From: Eledone cirrhosa
Taxonomy: Eukaryota
Length of the DNA stretch: 64,000 nucleotides
Direction of reading: 5' to 3'
Assembly (NCBI GenBank): GCA_964016885.1
Contig: OZ024744.1
Coordinates: 71,982,001 to 72,046,000, forward strand
Positions 27,501 to 42,450 of this stretch are shown piece after piece. Positions within the stretch are counted from its first letter, which is position 1, and each line of letters starts with the position of its first letter. Made by a program: the position numbers and the translations under genes. The notes under the pieces are model-generated. The model made no database searches. It was given only the letters and a program-made list of their open reading frames with translations, and was not told where the DNA came from.

Positions 27501-27967
27501 GAGAAAGGCTCTACAGACACGGGCGCCCGGGTAGGGACCCCGCCAAAAAGATCTGTCCCAGATGCGTGTGCGACGAGGAAACCGTTGCACACGCATTAGT
27601 ACACTGCTCGGGCGTAGCCGATCTGTGGGGCTATGTCGAACAACTGTCAAGGGTGGGACCGATCCGGTTGACCACCGAGTCTATTGTAATGATTAAGCCG
27701 CCTCCCCCCTTCAAAGATGAAGCAGAGGCGGTGTTTCTGTGCGTAATAGCCATGGCGAAAGAGGTTGTATGGTGGACGCGTCTGAAAGGACTGAGGTCGG
27801 GCACCTTTCTCTCTGGCCAACAACTGGTCCGTTTCTTCCGATATCATTTCGGAAGAAGGATCAGGATGGAGAGAGAGGTGCTGCACCCCAGCCGTTTCTA
27901 TGAAAGATGGGTGAAAGTGGCGAGAATGGCCCGTGTGAATGGGCCTTCACTCTACATCAGACTATAG
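24532..27967 (+). pseudogene. Tx1 ORF2 (APE endonuclease, RT, C-terminal zinc finger)
   Basis: LVGDWNG, SYLDRFLV, YSDHKLV, KSPGLDGLP, NFRPITLLN, DQSKAFDRV, IRQGCPLS, AYADDV, CPRC...HALVHC. N-terminal frameshifts and one TGA at 27053. Confidence 0.92.
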
Positions 27968-28230
27968 GTGAGGAAGATGAAAGACCAAGGGAGCACCCCT
28001 TCTCTGTGCTCCTGAGGAGAAGGGTTGCACACTTTTTTCGGGGGTGTGTGCGACCCCCCAAGGCGCCTCCTCTCTATTGAGGATTTTGTTAAAAATTTTA
28101 TTTTTTGTTATATCTTATTTTATTTTTATATTTTGTTATTGCCTCCTCCTTATTGAGGACGCCTTTTTGTGTAAACTCCCCCCTTTGTACTTGTCCCACT
28201 TTTGATGCCCTAGTGGCAAATAAAAGAAAT

Positions 28231-28262
28231 ATATCTATCTATCTATCTATCTATCTATCTAC

Positions 28263-28313
<51 letters not shown>

Positions 28314-28320
28314 CCTATCT
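28231..28320. repeat. (TATC)n array between tandem Tx1 copies
   Basis: Direct reading. Confidence 0.97.
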
Positions 28321-31300
28321 ACAATCGAGTCCTGTTAAAATGTTTTCCCAACCCCACCAAGACAGCCCCATCCCACCAGACACCCAGCCCCACCAAACAT
28401 CTCCGTCCCCACCACGCCAGAAACACCACCTCACCAAACAACCCCTCCAACACCCCCATAGAAATTGTGCAGCCTGGTCCCCAGGAGACGAACAGGTGAC
28501 TGATTTCTTTTCCTCTTCTTTTAACTTTTCAGCACCAACATGGCCAATATAAGAGTTGGATGTGTGAATGTACGCGGCCTGGGGATGCTCTGGAAACAGG
28601 GCAAACTCTTAAACGACCTCAGGTCGCACAGTATGGATGTAGTAGCCATTTGCAAGTCCAGGATCCACAGCTAGTGGCAACTGGCCCTCATCTTCGACGA
28701 CTTTGAGATCTACGCATCTCCGTGTCAACCGGGAGGTGGGGGCGGGGTTGCCGTTTTGCTGCGGAAACACCTGGACATCGTAACACAGACGGTACATCTA
28801 GACCCGGAGGGTCGACTGGTGGTTCTAGACGTTGACGGTAGTGAAGGTGGAGCCTTCAGGCTGGTGGCCTCATATGTCCCATCCGACACACCGCGGCCAG
28901 ACTTCTTCAAACGTCTAGAGACTTTTCTGGGAACGTCCCGCTCCTTGCTGTTAGTGGAGGACTGGAATGGAATCCTAGATGCACGTTGGGACTATGTGGG
29001 AGCATGACCCGATAGAGGGGGTGTAACATCCTCAAAGAGTTAATCGGCCGATTTCAACTGGCCGATAAATATCGACTAGATTTTCCGACTGTGCCACTGT
29101 GGACGTGGAACAACCACAACGGAACATCTAGATAGTATCTAGATAGGTTTCTAGTTAGAGTTAGTGATAGGGACATGTTAAGATGTCCACAAATGTTCAT
29201 GGTTGCGTATTCAGATCACAAACTAGTGACCTGCTTAGTCAACCATGACATATCCCATAGACAGGGACCCGGCTACTGGAAGCTGAACTTGTCGTTACCG
29301 ACATGCAAAGCCTACAGTAGACGGAGTAGCACTTTAGTTAAGCAGCACTTGACGTGGGCCATTGTCAACAATAGATGGTGGTACTCTCTCAAGGGGGCAG
29401 TTAGATTAGACTCGATAGGTTTTAGTAAAGAATTAGTGTTAGAGAGAAATAGGACCGAAAAGGAACTGGTAGATAAAGTAGAAGAGGCACTTAAGAGTGG
29501 CAACATAGCCAGCGTGCTAGCGACGAGAACGGCCTTGGACCAGTTCTTCGACGCAAAGCACGAGGGCTGCGTTGTCAGGAGAAAAATACGTGCTCTGGGA
29601 AACGAGGGAGCCAAAGCTGTTAGCTGGGATCGAGTGACGGAGGCGAAAAGTGGCAACAAGTCCACGATTCGGTCTTTGAAGGACCAAGTCGGACGCGTGA
29701 TACGTGAGCCGAAGCAGATGTGCGCGGCCTTTCAGCGGAACTTTGCTCAACTGTTCGGGCAGGGTGGCGCGCCGGGAGGGGCTATGGATTTCGGTCCAGA
29801 CCTCGACAGCTTGCCGCGACTCTCGGACAGCGAGGTGAAGTTCTGCGAAAGGCCGATTTCGGCCGCTGATATAGGGGACGCGCTGAGCCAATGCGGCAGA
29901 CGCAAATCTCCAGGTCTCGACGGTCTACCCTACGAATTTTACGTAGTAATGTCGGACTTATTCTCCGGTCTCCTGGAAGTGGTCTACTGCAACTGGCAGC
30001 AGAACGGGAGAATTCCAAGTTTTGTGACCAAGGGCGTAGTCACATTAGTCAGGAAGGACGAGAATAAGGGGGATGAGATAGGCAACTTCTGGCCCATAAC
30101 TCTGCTCAACACAGAATTACAGATTTTGGCCAAGGTGTTGGCAAAAAGGCTGGCGCTTGTCGTCGAGATCCTGGTGGGTGAAACGCAGACATGCGCAATC
30201 CCGACCAGGTCCATACACGACAACCTCCACCTCATGCGATACATCGTAGAGAGGGTAGGGTGTAAACCTAGCTTCGGTAGTGCCCTAATCAATTTGGATC
30301 ATTCTAAGGCTTTCGATAGGGTTGACTATCGTTACCTGGATGCGGTGCTCGAGGCGGCAGGCTTCGAACACGTGTTCAGGGGCTGGATTGCTGCAATGCA
30401 CAACAGTAATATCTGCTCTAGGGTCAAGGTGAACGGCTACTTCTCGGAGCCGTTCTATATCACGCGATCCATGCGACAGGGATGCACTTTCTCCTCCCTT
30501 CTGTACGTACTGACTCTCGAGCCACTACTGCGGAAGTTGGAGCTGTTGCAGAGCATCCCTTTGGAACCGGGACTGCGAAAAGGGGCGTGTGCCTACGCCG
30601 ACGACGTGACAGTAATGGTGTCGAGCGCCTCGCAAATCGAGGAAGTCGGCACCTTACTAAAGGAATACGAAAGTCTCACAGGAGCGAATCTGAACCGGGA
30701 CAAGTCCATCGGTTTGCAACTCGGAACGTGGAGAGGCAAACCGATGCCTTCCTATGGCGTCGTCGGACGCTGGACGGAAGGCCCGGCAAGCTGCTCGGGG
30801 TCTGGTTTGGTCCGGACCTCCAGGTGGAGAAGAACTGGAAGGAGGTGACGGCCAAGGTGTTTGCTCTCACGCAGAAGTAGGCCGAGTGCAAACTATCTTT
30901 GAAAGCTCGAGCGGAGGTGGCGAACACTTTTATAGCGTCCGTCATCTACTACCGCTTGACCGTCGTGCTTTGTCCAGCCAAAACGCTCACCCAAATGGAG
31001 CGCGCGCTCTTCCAATTCCTTTGGAAGAAACGGGCTCCTTTCGTGAGAAGATCCATCTGCTGCCAACACCCTTCAAACGGAGGGCTGCGGATGCTGTGGT
31101 TGACGATGCGCAAACACGCTCTCAGGTTGCGGCACCTCCACGTATTCCTCACTGGACAACCAGCTCGTGAGGCGAGCTTTCCCACGACTCGTCTCGCTGA
31201 CCGAGCTGCAGTCCTGGGTCAAGCAAAGACCGAGGAAATGGGCGACTGGCACATCGAATGTGCTCAGGCGCTCACAGTCCTCTGGCAAACGGACCCACTT

Positions 31301-32092
31301 CGTCATTCTATAGAGGGTTGGTCCGCAGCAAGTGCGACGACGCGCTCGGAGAAACTCTAGGCGTAAGAAAGTTCCTGGCCTGGCAGTGATACCGAGGAGC
31401 TCTACCAGTTCGAGACAAGCTCTACAGACACGGGCGCCCGGGCAGGCATCCTTCGAAAAAGATCTGTCCGAGATGCGTGCGCGACGAGGAAACTGTCGCG
31501 CACGCATTTGTACACTGCCCGGGCGTTACAGACCTGTGGGGCTATGTAGAACAACTATTGTCACGGGTTGAACCAATCCAGTTGACCACCAAGTCCATTG
31601 TCATGATCAAACCACCACCCTCCTTCAAAAACGTGATATGGCTATGGTGAAAGAGGTTATATGGTGGACGAGTTAAAAGGGCTGAGGTCAGACACCTTTC
31701 TCTCCGGCGAAAAACTGATTCGTTTTTTCAAATATCATTTTGGAATAAGAATCAGGATGGAGAGAGAAGTGCTGTACCACAGCAAATTTTATGAAAGGTG
31801 GGTGAATGTGGCAAAGATAGCCCGAGCGGTTGGGCCTTCTCTCTATATAAGCCTGTAGGTTGAGGAAAAAGAGGAAGAGAGGAAGGGAGTACTCACTGTT
31901 GGTGCTCCTGGAGATGAGGGTTGTACATTTTTCTCAGGGCGTGTACAACCCCTGTGTAACGCCTCCTCCCTATTGGGGATTTCAATTGTTATTTGTTGTT
32001 TTATTAATAGTTTTATTTTCATATACCTGTATGTAAACTCCCCATTTGTATTTGTCCCCTTCTTTTGTGCCCTCGTGGCTAATAAAGAACTG
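28321..32092 (+). mobile_element. Tx1 copy 2, 5'-truncated within ORF1, ORF2 disrupted
   Basis: Collinear homolog of copy 1. ORF2 ATG at 28540; fragments 28756-29007, 29175-30848, 30899-31360, 31661-31858. Followed by (TATC)n. Confidence 0.92.
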
Positions 32093-32136
32093 TATCTACC
32101 TATCTATCTATCTATATATCTATCTATCTAGAAACA

Positions 32137-32206
<70 letters not shown>

Positions 32207-32922
32207 CCGTTTATACTCTCCCTTGACGTGTATGCCAGTAAACCGCCTAGGCTATGAAATAATATTTACCGAGGTGCGAAGTATCTTTTTATGGAATTCG
32301 CCTTTGGTAATTGTGCGTAAAAACCAGCTACACACACGGCGTGTTGTGTATGTATAATTCTTTGCATGCATAAATCAGTGCTTTAATCTGGAGGATGAGA
32401 GTGCTGAGAATATATAAATATCACTTAAAATAAATGTTGGCACATCTATACTATTGAATATAGAGTGCTCAATACTTGTGTTTATTAGAATAATAGAATA
32501 CTATTGTATATATTTTTAAAATACGCGGAAATTGAAGATGATGAATTAGCAGAGTTGTTAGAACATCGGATAGTATGTTTTGCGGTACTTGTTTTGTCTC
32601 TCTGTTCTCTGAGTTCAAATCCCATCGAGGTCAACCTTGGCTTTAATTCATTCAAGGTCGATAAAAAATCACCAGTCATGTATCGAGGACAATATTTCCT
32701 TTCTGTCTCTTTCTCACTTCAATTTATTCACTCTTTATCCTTCTTTGGCAATCTGGTGTATTCAGCCCTGGAAATTGGAAATGGGCTCTGCCAGGTTAAA
32801 AAATATTCTAAAACCCTGTATCAATACGGTGCCCTTACTACTCCTACAGGAGTTACAGGACCATTTATGCGACGCATGTAAATCAAAATGAATATAGGCT
32901 ATTGAATATCAGCAAATGTGCC

Positions 32923-32993
<71 letters not shown>

Positions 32994-33100
32994 GGGTGCT
33001 TTTGAAGATTGGAGTAAATTTAAGCTGGATATAATTACCGCTCTTTTAAATGAGTATAATTACTTTCAAATATTCCACCTTCTCTCTCTCTCTCTTTTTG

Positions 33101-33123
<23 letters not shown>

Positions 33124-33131
<8 letters not shown>

Positions 33132-33749
33132 TAGCGAGAATCGTTTTCAGCTCAGGAATTAACGAAAATCAACGTCCGATATGTGTGGCAAGCGCTCGAT
33201 GAATCATATGAATCAGAGCTACAACATACGTTAAGGGCCAAACACACTGAGATGATGGTTAAACATATCATCCGCACAGCCAAAACAAAACGACCAAGTA
33301 ATTCGGGTCAAACAATAAAAATATATGTGTTGATACTTTCCCGGACCCTGGACTGATGGTAAAATCCAGTATTGGTTTCTGCGACTCCAAATCAGGTACT
33401 GTCCGCCTACATAAAGAATGTTGGGCTTCTGGTGAGATGATGAACAAGGCAGTCGTGTTATCAACGGGTTTTGCTCCAAGATGCTATAGATAGTGTGGCT
33501 ATTACTGACCCCTCGTGGGATTCAGCAAGGGAGGTAACACCTCTATTAAGCGAATGATTCAGTTGTGTATTATTGCGAGAATGCAAAATATCACAAATCG
33601 AATAAAGCTCTCGGCAGAATGGTTAAATATAACAGAGCTATTCAACAGTCAATATAAGTAACTGAAAAAATCAATAAAATTAACTGCTCAATAGCTAGAC
33701 TCTGGAGATTAATACAAATATAAATTAGCGAGAATCGTTTTCAGCTCAG

Positions 33750-33753
<4 letters not shown>
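33124..33753. mobile_element. Non-coding 594-nt unit with a 36-nt terminal direct repeat, in (TA)n
   Basis: ATATAAATTAGCGAGAATCGTTTTCAGCTCAGGAAT at 33124 and 33718. Confidence 0.55.
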
Positions 33754-33796
<43 letters not shown>

Positions 33797-33864
33797 TAGG
33801 TATGAATCGAAGTTGTAGCTGCCATATAAGAGGTACTAATATATATATATTTATATATATATAT

Positions 33865-36170
33865 CTGCAGCCGAGATGCTGACTTTGAGTCCCAGGCCCT
33901 TTCCCTAGTCAGCCATTTCACCCGGAGAGGTTACCGCCCTCCCTCGTCCACACCGCCCTCACTCGCGCCCGTGCTATCCACCGCTCTACCGTCCCCACCC
34001 CGCACACCCACCCACCGTCTCCCCTTCCCAATCGCCTACCACCCCTCCAGCCTACCCCTCCACCGCAACATCCTCCACCTCTTTCGACGTCTCCAGTCCT
34101 ACCCCTACACCTCCCACATCTTCCCATCCCCACCCCCTCCTTCAAACGCGCACGCAATCTCCGCACCCTCCTCGTCCGCAGCACCCTACCCCCAACCCAC
34201 GTCCCCCCCGGTTCCCTTCCCTGCTCCAGACCCCGCTGCCACACCTTCCCCCCACATTACCAACACCAACACCATCCAGGGTCCCAATGGCCACTCTCTC
34301 TCTGTCACGCACGCCTTCCGCTGCACCTCCTCCAACCTAGTCTATGGACTTCGCTGCACGGAGTGTCGCGCAACCTACGTCGGACAGACTGGACGTCGCC
34401 TGGCGGACCGGTTCACTGAACACCTCCGGGATATTCGCCTCGGTGGGAGTTCCCCCATCGTCCACCACTTTGGCTCCCCCGGACATTCCGCCCACCACCT
34501 CACAGTCTGTGGCCTACTCCAATGCCACGGAACACCTGTCACCCGCCTAACGATCGAACAACGCACCATTTTCACCCTACAGACCCCCCCGGCCTGAACT
34601 CCCCAACCCTATTCTTTTAGCCTTCGACCGCCCTGTTTCCCCCCACACACACTCACATCCCCCACTAACACGACTAACACACTCCTCCTTTTCACCGCAC
34701 CACCCCCTAGACCCACCTCACAATTAACAATACTAACACCCCAACCCACCCCCGGCCCTCTCCCCCAAACTAACAATACTAACATCCCCACCCCTCCCCC
34801 TATCACGCACACACCCACCTGTACATATATACACGCAATCACACTATCCACACACCCTACTACCACCACTAACCCTCGCCCACACATCCACTCCAACCAC
34901 CCCACAACTGATATCACTAACGTCCCCCCGACCCCACACCTATCCACACCTACATACACCACCCACTCCACACACCCAACCACCACTAACCCCCACTTAC
35001 ACACCCACATTCAACCCTTTCCCCACCACCAGTATAGAAACACCCACTAACACCCTCTTTACCACACACACACTCATCCAAACACGCACACACACACCAG
35101 TACACTACACTCCCTCCTCCGGCCCCAACACCATTTCTCTCCCTCTCCCTCTTCCCCTCTCCACCTATACCCCTTCACACACACACATCGCACTAACACC
35201 TCTACTACTACACACCCCATCTCCCCATATGACCACCTCCCCCCCTCCACCTTTTACACCTACCCATCCTCTCCCCTTTCCACCGCACCTCGCACACACA
35301 GGCACAGTCCTCACCACACACTGACCATTTCTCCACCTGTCATCCTCCTCTACTGCTATCACTTCACCCTGCCTTGACCCTCTGACCACTTCCTGTTGCG
35401 CGCGCACCCCACATCTCTCCACTTCCGACCACCACAACCAACGGAATCCACACCATCGGTCATCGTTCCAACTATCCACTCCATAACATGAACAATATCC
35501 AGCACCTCATCGCACACTCCACGGAACTACCTTAGGAACTTACCCACGGACATACACTCACAATTTTTTTTCGAACCACGCCACCTACATCCACACCACG
35601 TATAAACACCAACACACACGTGCGTACACCCGCATATACACATTCAGCCTCCGGAATCCCCCCTCCATTCTTCTGACCCCTCTCCATCTACACCCAGGCA
35701 CACACCGACCTACACCCCACCCCACGCACCACACCTTTTCCTGAACATGGGACCTCGTTCTTCCCCCAACTCTCACATTCACATACACATGCACACACAC
35801 ACAGGTACACCTACACACATACACAACCCCCCCCCCGCTCGCACCTCCACCTCTCTCTCCCTACTCCACCCGCCACCACCCCTACACGCCTCACACCCTT
35901 CTACCACTTATTTATATTTATGTTGATTTTTATTTTTATTTGTAACCCTTTCCACCGTTTTCCCTCCCTTTTCTCGACCCCTCCCTTTTTTCTAAATGTC
36001 TCTCCACCACTCCGCCACACACCATCGGAATTTTATGCCTACCCACTTTTCTCCTGATGAAGGACTTATACCCGAAACGTCCCCCCCCCCTCATCTCAAA
36101 AGCGTGAACCTAATAAACTTTTATTTGTACTGCCGCTCTGTTTTTGTTCCCGTCCAAGTTTTCACACTCT
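33865..36170 (+). mobile_element. Neptune-type PLE, 5'-truncated (GIY-YIG remnant + long C/A-rich 3' UTR)
   Basis: CTSSNLVYGLRCTECRATYVGQTGRRLADRFTEHLRDIR. Degenerate HHR CTGATGAAGG...CCCGAAACGTC at 36054-36081. Confidence 0.8.
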
Positions 36171-36272
36171 CTCTCTCTATATATATATAAAACTACTTCG
36201 GTCACTAAGGGGTTTCGTACACAGAAAGTTCCCCTCTGTGGCATATGTCCGGGCATAATGTTTTTGTGAAAG

Positions 36273-36305
<33 letters not shown>

Positions 36306-36565
36306 AACAAGAAGTGTAAGTCAACAGGTTTTAATTAACCTTCGTTTGTTCATAGTCGCTGTTATATATATTTCGGTGACAACCGTTATGCAACAGACAG
36401 CTGAAATCTGAACAGGAAAAAAAACAGAAAAACATACTGATGAAATAAAGCTTATTTCTGTTATTTCGATTTTATTTATTTCGTGCTGAGTTTTGGTGTT
36501 GTTTTCTCAAAGCACCGGTCGCATACAAACGAATTCACAGTATCAGTTCAAATTCTAGCTGTATG

Positions 36566-36603
<38 letters not shown>

Positions 36604-36607
36604 TACG

Positions 36608-36694
<87 letters not shown>

Positions 36695-36795
36695 ACATAT
36701 ACACACACACACACATATATATATATGTGTGTGTGTATGTATGTATATATATATATGTATGTATATATATATTATATATATATATATACACACAG

Positions 36796-36867
<72 letters not shown>

Positions 36868-36894
36868 TGAGAGAGAGAGAGAGAGGGAGGGAGA

Positions 36895-36932
<38 letters not shown>

Positions 36933-37039
36933 GAGAGAGAGAGAAAGAGAGTGGTAGAACACTGGAAGGTAATATCCGTAGTGGTAGAGCACTCAGTCCA
37001 TGGGACGAGTTAGGTAGAAGTGGTTACTCATGTCCATTA

Positions 37040-37077
37040 CGAGCTGAGGATCCGCTAAGGTGAAACAATTGTTCTCG
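37040..37077 (+). ncRNA. Minimal type I hammerhead ribozyme (orphan)
   Basis: CGAG-CTGAGGA-tCC-gctaa-GGt-GAAA-CAATTG-TT-CTCG. Confidence 0.7.
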
Positions 37078-37104
37078 GTATGGTGAACTAACTGTTGTGT
37101 AACC

Positions 37105-37235
<131 letters not shown>

Positions 37236-37277
37236 CATATATATATATACATATATATATATACATATATATTATAT

Positions 37278-37352
<75 letters not shown>

Positions 37353-37448
37353 CATTATGAAGAGAGAAGAAACATTTAGATATAATTAGTAATAAAATGT
37401 ATCATACCTAAACTGCTCCTAAATTCCTCGACTACGTAGTTTCGTGGC

Positions 37449-37496
<48 letters not shown>

Positions 37497-37563
37497 GGTG
37501 TTGGTTGCTTAAAGCGTATGCGGTAGGTCGTATGAGCACTCGATGCCCTCATAGAGCAGAGTA

Positions 37564-37831
37564 TGATATCACAGAAAAAAGAGAATCAGTGTTGCGACGA
37601 AAGGAATATATTGGACATATTACAATTGTTTCTCAGGCGATCAGATCGAGGCACCATCGATGTGGTGATCAAAACTGACTCTGAAATCGCGCAGTCCTCG
37701 GATACGTCTCGGCGCGATTTCAGAGTCAGGTTTGATCACTACATCGATGGTGCCTCGAGCTGGTCGCCTGAGAAACAATTGTAATATGTCCAATAAATTC
37801 CTTTCGTCGCAACACTGATTCTCTTTTTTCT

Positions 37832-37837
<6 letters not shown>
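37564..37837. repeat. Long inverted repeat (arms about 128 nt, loop about 20 nt)
   Basis: Arms pair with few mismatches. The right end abuts (TA)n. Confidence 0.9.
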
Positions 37838-37916
<79 letters not shown>

Positions 37917-38197
37917 TTGATGAGAGATAGAAAAAGTTCAACGTATCGGACGAAAGTCTGTCGTCAGGGGAGTAAAGGTAGATAGTTTAGAAATAAAAAA
38001 AAATGGGCGTGTGTGCGTGTGTTGTTTTAATTTTTGTGTGTGTTTATCAGCGTATGGTGGAATGGTCTATATATTGATCGTTGTGGTGTCTAGGTGTGTT
38101 TGTATTAACATTGTATATTTGTCTGATTTGTCTGTGTTTGTATGGAATATAAACAAAATTATTAGTGACAAATATGTATCAGTTCAATATATATATA

Positions 38198-38242
<45 letters not shown>

Positions 38243-38337
38243 CATTATCATTAGAGTGATATATAGATAAATAGACATATAGGTATATATGCATTGACCC
38301 ATACACTCACACACACACATATATATACATATGATTA

Positions 38338-38375
<38 letters not shown>

Positions 38376-38844
38376 GTGTTTAATATCTATTTTCCTCGCT
38401 TGCATGGGTCGGACGAGTTGTCACATTATGAGACCATGTCTTCCTAATACGGAACTGTTTCTGGCTTAGTTTCTACGGGTGAATGCCTTTCCTAACGCCA
38501 ACCACATTACGTTGTGAACTGAGTGCTTTTTATCTAGGTACCAAAAACGGGAGCCTGTGTCTGATTTCTTATAACAAAAGATTGAGCCTTCGACATGTAA
38601 ATATAGCGGCAGCATATATGTTTTAATACATGATATTAATAGCACATTTCCAAAAGAAAACAAAAATGATCATAAGCATTTTTTGGTCAGGATAGTTGTT
38701 CTCAATTATCATAGGGACGTACAAGGTCTGATAATGGAGAGCAAACCGTCCTGAAAAAAGATGCAGTTCTTTTTTTTTTTTAACGCGTGCGACTAATATT
38801 AAATGTGTGTGTATATATATATATATATATATAATATATATATA

Positions 38845-39065
38845 TTTCGTTTCTGAATTTGTTTAGCAAGATTCTTTATCTGAAAACGTGTGTTTGAAAC
38901 CGATATTGTTATACTTTGGGAGGGTCATGTTGCCTATAAGAAACACACGCACCAGTTGCTTTCACTTCAATTTATTATAAATTAAATTTATAATAAATTG
39001 GAGTGAAAGCTACTGGTGCGTGTGTTTCTTATTGGCAACATGACACTCCCAAAGCATAACAATAT
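38845..39065. mobile_element. Short palindromic PLE-B remnant with tail
   Basis: Same two ends as 8460-9147, in (TA)n. Confidence 0.88.
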
Positions 39066-39077
39066 ATATATATATAC

Positions 39078-39162
<85 letters not shown>

Positions 39163-39196
39163 TATATATATATACAGATATATATATATGTATATG

Positions 39197-39237
<41 letters not shown>

Positions 39238-39260
39238 TTATATATATATATGTATATATA

Positions 39261-39292
<32 letters not shown>

Positions 39293-39321
39293 CACATTTA
39301 TATATATATGTATATGTGTCA

Positions 39322-39394
<73 letters not shown>

Positions 39395-39469
39395 TAGATA
39401 GATATTCATATGCACGTGCATGCCATTGCATACATGATTATCTATTTATCGATTTATCTATTTATCGAA

Positions 39470-39660
39470 GGGCGGTGGATTGGCAGTATCGGCAGAGGGT
39501 CGGACGCCATGCTTTCCAGTATAGTTACATCCCTTTACGATCTGAGTTCAAATCCCGCCGAGGTTCACTTTGCCTTTCATCCTCTACGGGGGTCGATAAA
39601 ATAAAGTACCAGTAATGCACTGGATAATTGCTGGCCTTGTGCCTAAAGTAGAAACAGTTA
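39470..39660 (+). mobile_element. Nin-type SINE, full length
   Basis: A-box TGGCAGTATCGG at 39481, B-box GTTCAAATCC at 39546, core, 3' tail. Confidence 0.85.
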
Positions 39661-39671
39661 TCTATTTATCG

Positions 39672-39714
<43 letters not shown>

Positions 39715-39796
39715 TATATATATATGTTATATATATGTTATATATATATATATATATACCTATATACATATATGTTATATATATACACACATACAT

Positions 39797-39855
<59 letters not shown>

Positions 39856-40145
39856 TATATATAGTTGTGACTATGTGTGAATGGTGTGCGCATAGATACA
39901 TAGATACATAGATACACAGAATTATCCAATTTCCTTACACCTGTCTTTGTTTAAAGTTCTCACTTATCACGTTAGAATATTTTTATGCTTCATTATTGTT
40001 TTGTTTGTTGTTCAACGGTGATGACAGCAGAGATAAACTACTCGTGAATTATTGAACGCTACTACAGATACACGGCTCTCCTGTTCTTGTGTCGAACTAC
40101 TCGAAATATATAAGTGAAGAGTTCTTTATTCAGACGTGAAATCAA

Positions 40146-41345
<1,200 letters not shown>

Positions 41346-41934
41346 AAGAAAGAAAGCATTTGTAGAGGTAAAATGCTACGACATACCATTGTTAACGTAC
41401 ACTTGTATGTTTCACATGATTCCATCAAAACTACTTTAAAATGTTCTGTTAACAGATATAACTCTGCTGGTGTAAGAATGGAAGAATGGAATTCAAATTC
41501 TTCCTCATTTTTTTTTTTCTTTTTCTGTTTAGATAAAATAACACTTAATGGTTAATGAAATAATATACAAAAAACAAAAAAAGTAAGGGTGAAAAGTAAA
41601 GTAAAAAAAAAAGATTAAATATGAAACCTCCACCCACTCACACCCCCACTCACACACACTCACCAATGAAAAAAAAAAGTGAAACGTTAAGCAAAGATAA
41701 AAAAAAAAGAAGACTTAGAAAGTAAATATGATAATGGCACACGACAAAATATTTAAAGGGTGTTTCCTAAAATTAAAACCACGCAAGTATTAGTATATTA
41801 CTAGAATAGTACTTTCCTCGTTGTCGATAGTGGATTGTGGAGGCACAGTCGAGTTGACATATCAACATACGTATATATATATATATAATTGTAATTGTAT
41901 TAATATATATATATATAAAATAATGTATATATAT

Positions 41935-42450
41935 TTCGTTTCTGAATTTGTTTAGCAAGATTCTTTATCTGAAATCGTGTGTTGAAACCGATATTGTTTT
42001 ACTTTGGGAGGGTCATGTTGCCAATAAGAAACACACGCACCAGTTGCTTTCACTTCAATTTATTATAATAAATTTATAAATTTCCGGTTGGTTGGTTGGT
42101 TCCACAACCAGATGATTGTTTATATATTGTCAAAGTTCTTTCGTCACACATTCTGTGACCTCTTCAGTGACTGGGGATTCTTTTCTTTGTTTTGTGCCTC
42201 TCCTTTGTTCTGTCCTACGCCATCTTATTTCTGTGTGTGTGTTGTGTGCTCAGTCTGCGCATGCGCCACATCCGGGTGTTTGTGTGGGTTTATATTCGTT
42301 TATTTATTTGTTTATTTACATGTTACTGGTTGGTTGTTTGTTCTATGTGCGTGTGTGTTTTCATTTTGTCCTTAATTGTAAGTTGTGATGTTGCTGTTCC
42401 ACTCATGTTTTCTATTAGACTAGAACAAACAACCAACCAGTAACATGTAA
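41935..42450 (-). mobile_element. PLE-B pLTR copy with a mutated HHR and a short terminal inversion
   Basis: Homologous to 50967-51570. 42421-42450 inverts about 42316-42345. Confidence 0.85.

Larger units (their letters stand above)
22503..28230 (+). mobile_element. Tx1/L1-clade LINE copy 1, full length, inserted in (TATC)n
   Basis: 5' UTR, ORF1, ORF2, 3' UTR with AATAAA at 28219. (TATC)n on both sides. Confidence 0.93.

Noticed and set aside
32504-32891. Host exon or short CDS
   Set aside because: The 5' half is a decayed SINE and the rest has no recognisable motif.
37938-37970. Minus-strand CTGACGA...GATA motif
   Set aside because: GAAA and the cleavage triplet are mutated. A decayed PLE 3' end, not a working ribozyme.
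39470-39660. tRNA genes
   Set aside because: The A/B boxes belong to SINE heads and there is no cloverleaf.
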